In this document: positions 59,031 through 64,000 of the stretch, piece after piece
Position numbering within the stretch: position 1 is the first letter of the stretch
Layout of the letters: each line of letters begins with the position of its first letter
Source of the DNA: Octopus sinensis
Lineage: Eukaryota
Direction: 5' to 3'
DNA length: 64,000 bases
Assembly (NCBI RefSeq): GCF_006345805.1
Contig: NW_021832228.1
Span: 1-64,000, forward strand
The notes under the pieces: model-generated
What the model saw: the letters and a program-made list of their open reading frames with translations, nothing else
What the model was told of the DNA's origin: nothing
Databases searched by the model: none
Position numbers and translations under genes: made by a program

Positions 59031-59274
59031 ATCAATTTCGTTCACAACATGAGAGAGTAAATAATGATTATATCGAGACTTGAAGCACTTAATTATTCCG
59101 GTATCTAATGGTTGTGATCTTGTTGTTTAGTTTTTCGGAAAGAACAATAGCTCAATAAATTTACTGTAATTACTAATTTTATGGTTTAAAAGGTTTTAAA
59201 ATATTAATAAATTTTAATAAAAATTACATTTCTGAAGTTCTCTGGTTGTTCTTAAAGTGACCCGTCCTCCGAAA

Positions 59275-60103
59275 ATGTTTTATTCTTCTCAAAAGGTGAC
59301 TCCTTCAAAATTGCTTCCTTTCCCCCAAAGAATGTATTATTCGCCCCACAGAGTGACTCCTCCAAATGTTTTTTATTCCCCCCAAAAAGTGAGTCCCCAA
59401 ATAACCCCGACTGTGGAGACGGTGTCCCCCATAGCCCACACAAGAGTGACTGCCATCAGAGTAGAGCCCGCCAGAGGGGAAAGATATTTGGCCTACCAGG
59501 GACTGCTTAAAAGACTGAAAGACCGTGGACGGTTAGAGTTCAGTTGTGGTGGTCCCGGCTGTTCTTCTGAGTGTCATCGCATGGACAATGTGACTGCGGG
59601 TTTTTGCGATGAGTCGTGGGATGGTGTGAGGGAATATTTTGAGTTGGTGGATGCAGTGACTGATGGGACTGACAGCATGACAGAGACTTTCCATTTGGGG
59701 GAAGCACTGGTCCCTCCACACGAGGAAGGTTGGACTGTTATTAGAGTGTGTAGATGACTGTGGGGAGGAGAGACTGGTGGTCGTCAACTACTACGAAAAC
59801 CGTATTCCTGGGATAAAGAGAGACTGTGGAGTGTTTGTGCGATTGGCCGACATTAACAGTGTCCTCGTCAATTCAAAGGACACACGTTTCCTCCGGAATA
59901 AGTGCAGAAAACTGGACATCCCAGTTAGTAGGTTGGTATAGTGGTAGTTGGAGTACTGCACTGAGTGTGAAGTGAATATGCTCGTCAACTTTGCTAATTC
60001 CTCGCATCCCAGAAGTCGTCTTGTGATTGACCTGGCTGGCACTGAGCGCCTTCTCGACTCGATCTTTTATGAACAGAACCCCAGTCGTGTGTCCAGACGG
60101 TAG
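59275..60103 (+). CDS. Putative divergent Ski/SnoN/Dachshund-homology domain protein
   Basis: Removing 25-nt (59729-53) and 24-nt (59924-47) GT-AG introns gives one ORF ending ...LADINSVL...CRKLDIPLEYCTECEVNML...SRLVIDLAGTERLL, resembling the Ski QILNSVL...CDELHIYCSRCTADQL...LITKTDAERL motif. N-terminal YSPxKVTP repeats. Confidence 0.5.
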
Positions 60104-60429
60104 AGTTTATACAATTTGTGAATATTCTTTATGTTTGTACAGTCTTATTTCCACTTATTTAAAATGACTAATAAAATATCTCACCTTCCTGTTGGGAAAA
60201 TCCGAGACACTGGAGGATTGAATGTCGACAGTGGAGGCACACTTTTCTAATTACCAGAATCTAAACAGATTCGACTTTTTTAGCGAAGTTATCAAATGTC
60301 ATTAATTTCCAGCTGAATTATGAAATCACTAAAATATCTCGTCATTTCTGCAGCAAGCAAAAGCAGATAAACCGACGTCACTTGATAAAAATAATCAGCA
60401 AAGAAAAGGGGATATCCTCCAGTTCTACT

Positions 60430-60950
60430 CAGTTCATACGCACGTGGCCAGGGGGGACGCTCCCGAATCTTCCGGAGACTACGATCAAAAAGACGTGAAC
60501 AACCTCATCAAATTCTATGCGAAAAATGCACACAAGGACCACAGGAAATCCAATTCACTCCCCTCTTACAGAATCCTAAAGAAACGGGCGGAACTCTCCT
60601 CCTCTCAGTAAAGGAGGTGGAAGATACCTTGCACTCCACAAAATCATCGTGTTCTCACGGCCCGGATAAAATCCCGGTCATTCTATTAAAAAACATTGGT
60701 GTCGAAGGAGTCTCGTTTCTAACATCTATCTTCAACTATTCAATCAACAACAATGTGATTCCGTCATTATGGAAATAGGCACTAATAATGCCGATACTGA
60801 AGCCTGGAAGACCAAGAGGGGACCCGGCATCTTTCAGGCCGATTTCTCAGTTATGTTCGATGTCAAAAATTCTGGAAAGACTGGTTCTTGGCAAAATAAA
60901 AAAATTCTTTCCCGAAAGACCTTTTCAAAATGGGTTTAAAAAGGCTAAGT
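60430..60950 (+). pseudogene. Vingi-like RT N-terminal fragment
   Basis: SVKEVEDTL...GPDKIP...LWK*ALIMPILKPG...SFRPISQLCSMSKILERLV. Confidence 0.75.
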
Positions 60951-61439
60951 GATGAAAAGTCAAAGCTGCTGGGCTCCGCCCACTCCCGCATTTAAAGTTA
61001 TATTGTAATCATAAACAATATCGGCCAAAATATCCAGAGAGACACTTGTTGAAAATATCCACCGTTTTATGCATTAGTTGAAGCTTAAAAAAATCAACGG
61101 GCAAACCTCTCTACTTGAAATTGTACCCGGGCGCTCGTGCCCTACTACGCACATTCATAGACTTCATCAATTAAAGAATTATTTCTGCTTGGAGGATGAT
61201 TGGTGGTCATATGTAATGAAGGATAATTGGTGGTTGTTGTGTTATGTTGGGATTGTCGTCTAATGTGTTTTCTTCTTGATTTTCTGTGATTTTTTTGATT
61301 TTTTAAAGAACTTTGCTAAGCTTCACAATACGCATAGTTCCACTTATTTTTTTTGTTTTTAAGCATTATAATCTTTCACTAAAATAGATAACTAATTGTT
61401 AATATTGATGTATAAAATGACTATTTATATATTTCGCTG

Positions 61440-61960
61440 TATATCGCTGTCGTTTTTCCACACCATTAAAAGTTGGCGATGAGCAAAATCATATTGTTGC
61501 AAATCTTCCAAATGAAAGATATCAGATATATTTGATAGATCTAAGGAGGTAAAAATTTTAAAATTTATCTTTATCAAATTTTAAAATTTATTTTCATGGT
61601 TACTCACAATTATCGACGTTTATTCTATGTATGCCTACACAAGGAATTTGCGGAATAAGAGTGGAAAAGAAGTTGCGGAACAACTTAAAGATTTATTTTT
61701 TGAAAACGGACCGTGCAAATATCTTCAATCGGATAATGGGACAGAGTTTAGAAATTTTTACGTACGGGAGATTCTTCAAAAATTCCAAATTCGGGACCAA
61801 CCCAACACTATCGTTGAAGAAATTTGAAAGCATTTATAGCGAAGAAGGAACAATACAAAAATATTCGCACACAATGTTGTAGAGGTCGAAATGCAAGATG
61901 GAAGACAATAAAAACACCATGAAGAGAATTAAGAAGACGACTTAATTGAGATTTTAACAT
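61440..61960 (+). pseudogene. Ginger/GIN-type (rve) integrase relic
   Basis: ERYQ...DLR, YAYTRNLRNKSGKEVA...LQSDNGTEF; frameshifted. Confidence 0.7.
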
Positions 61961-62869
61961 GATTTAAAATTTTAACATGATTTAAAATTGAAATAAATTA
62001 AGTTTTCCATTCAATTCCATTTAAAACCAAATACCAGCTTCTCTATTTGTCAATTTATAAATTTTTTATTGACAAAATCACCTAAAAATTTTTTTTTTTA
62101 TTTTTTTTTTTTTTTTTATTTTTTTTTATTTTTTTAAACAAGAAAGAAATTAAAGATAGCCCTAACCCTAACCCTGAGAAATTAAAGTTGAATTTTATGG
62201 TCAATTTATTTCCAAGTCCACAAATGTAATTCGTCCGGCTCGGTAGCTTATTCAGCTCGTGACATATTACTAGTCATTCGTGCATTTTTAGACGCATCCT
62301 ATATAATCTATATGTATAATTTAAAATCATAATCCTCAGTTCTTATATTTTTAAGGCATCTGCATGATTTGTACATTCTAATAACCAAAGGTCTTAACTT
62401 TTCACCTTTAATACAACAACATAAAAGGATTGTTGGTTTTGTTTACAAATTTTTCTACCGAAGAAATTTTCATCTTAAATGATTTATTCGGTTCTTTTTA
62501 ATGAAAAGGCAGGTTTTGTCACAATTAAAAATGTCTTCCATGTTGAACTTATCATAAAGTCATCATACTCTTCGTAAAATTTGACCATTCGCCTCACGGG
62601 TTGGAAGGGTGACAAGACTTGACCCAAGCTGGAAACTTGCTTCTTTCGGAATAGAACCCACGACATTCATATTCCAACATCCATAGCATAATCTTCTCAC
62701 TTGATCACTTACCAATGAAAAATCTTCAGTATGTAAAACCCTTCCGGAAACAAATGACGTGAGGTGAGCGACGGTTGGAGGCTAACAAACGGGTACTGGG
62801 CAAACCAGATATTCTCCACCTCTCTTTGAATCCGGAAAGCTGTATTGAAGATTTGGAGGCTAATGTTGA

Positions 62870-63070
62870 TCAGCACGGACAGAAAATCCAAAATGATTCT
62901 ACAAACATTTGCCATGCTGTAGAAATTTGGAAGGTACTTGAACAGACTTATATAGACTATGAATTTACGGCTATTTAAAAAAATGTGGAAACTCGAACTG
63001 ATAAAGCATTAAAACCTTTTTGCTTACTTCCAAATCTAATGGACCCAGCCTGTAGTGGGAATTGATATCG
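62870..63070 (+). pseudogene. Fragment of the BED-hAT family seen at 29.4-31.5 kb
   Basis: KIQNDSTNICHAVEIWKVLEQTYID...ALKPF.LL.NLMDPACSG matches KIQNDSTTISHAVEIWKELEQTYID...ALTPFHLLANLIDPTCSG. Confidence 0.75.
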
Positions 63071-63139
63071 CTTTTTAATATTGAGTCGTAAAAAATCCCT
63101 GTACATAAAGGGATAATTAGCAGACAACAAATTAAATTC

Positions 63140-63459
63140 ATTTAGAAGAGTCCTTGTCCAAGACAAATATGTTGGAAAGTGCCTGCAATGCTGGCACAGC
63201 TGCGGATAGAGCAGAAGACATCAAGAAGAGGAAATATGATGGGCTCACCGATCGTTTCGTTTTCCGGCCGGTTGCTGTCGAAACCCTGGGATCGATTGGG
63301 AAGGAGTCGTTGCGCTTCCTCATGTGTATTGGACGTCTTAAGACCCTGAGAACGCACAATCCTCTGGAGACGAGATGGCTCCTCCAGAACGTGTCCCAAG
63401 CAATAGTGAGGGGAAACTGGATCGCCATCAGTTCTTCTGCTTTACATACATTAGTCTAA
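63140..63459 (+). pseudogene. CRE 3' end (RLE C-terminus)
   Basis: AADRAEDIKKRKYDGL...FRPVAVETLGSIG...WLLQNVSQAIVRGN. Confidence 0.8.
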
Positions 63460-63639
63460 CCATAATGAAAAACTGAAAATTAAATTAATTATTTTAGAAG
63501 AGTATAAAAAAGAAACCTCAAAAGAGGCACAAAAATATAAGAACCAGATAATCCCTATACACGGAAATCTTTAGTAAAAGGCAAAGATTTATACGCTTTG
63601 CATAGGAATCAGATTACCTTTAGGAAAGAAAAATTTTAT

Positions 63640-64000
63640 TTTAAATAATTAGTTAGAGAGGCTGTTAGTGAGGTAACATAAGGAGACCTTCGGCATTCCT
63701 GCCTTTTCGGTCCAGCACACACGCTCGCCTCTCTACACAACCACAGGTTAGGACTTACCGTCTTACCTGCCACCCAGTCATTATCTTCTCTAGGACCTCA
63801 GGGAGGCCTTTGAGGGACAATTCCTGGGCGTTGGAGAGCTCATCACGCCATCCTAAGCCATAGGCTAGCCGGATGGCTCGTCTTCTTACTTTCTTAAGCG
63901 CGTCAACGTACTTCTCCCTGTCCTCGCAGAAGTGCCAAGCGTGCACGCCATAGGTTAACACGGGTAACACCATGGCGTTGAACACACGGAACCAGGCACC
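63640..64000 (-). mobile_element. 3' end of another Jockey/I-group LINE (runs off the window)
   Basis: FNAMVLPVLTYGVHAW...LKKVRRRAIRLAYGL matches the C-terminus of ORF2 at ~33.2 kb. Confidence 0.8.

Overview
Eukaryotic, repeat-dominated, AT-rich DNA from a metazoan with very short introns. Host genes carry 22-35 nt GT-AG introns about every 130 bp, and a nuclear-receptor DBD and a UBF homologue are present. A dicyemid or myxozoan source is plausible but is inference. Bases 1-23.4 kb are a rearranged block: a ~7.15-kb-arm inverted duplication (6171-13322 / 16288-23445) around a satellite-only spacer, plus a third direct copy of part of the arm (974-4705). The rest is nested hAT, Merlin, Ginger-like, CRE, R4/Dong-like, Jockey/I-like and Ingi/Vingi-like elements, a SINE, and 48-bp and 168-bp satellites. 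Host genes or fragments: mini-UBF, a divergent kinase, a Ski/Dac-like gene, a nuclear-receptor DBD and a CPT1 fragment. Strongest discovery: a TSD-bounded Ingi/Vingi-like LINE (47481-52894, minus). Its first 75 nt fold into an HDV-like ribozyme whose predicted cleavage site coincides with the TSD boundary, followed by a 2A StopGo peptide before APE-RT. Other highlights are an intronless, bacterial (Chlamydiae-like) pyruvate kinase pseudogene interrupted by a host SINE, a compact 3-HMG UBF, and Merlin transposases sharing a micro-intron. All analysis was by eye; family assignments rest on recalled motifs, not database searches.
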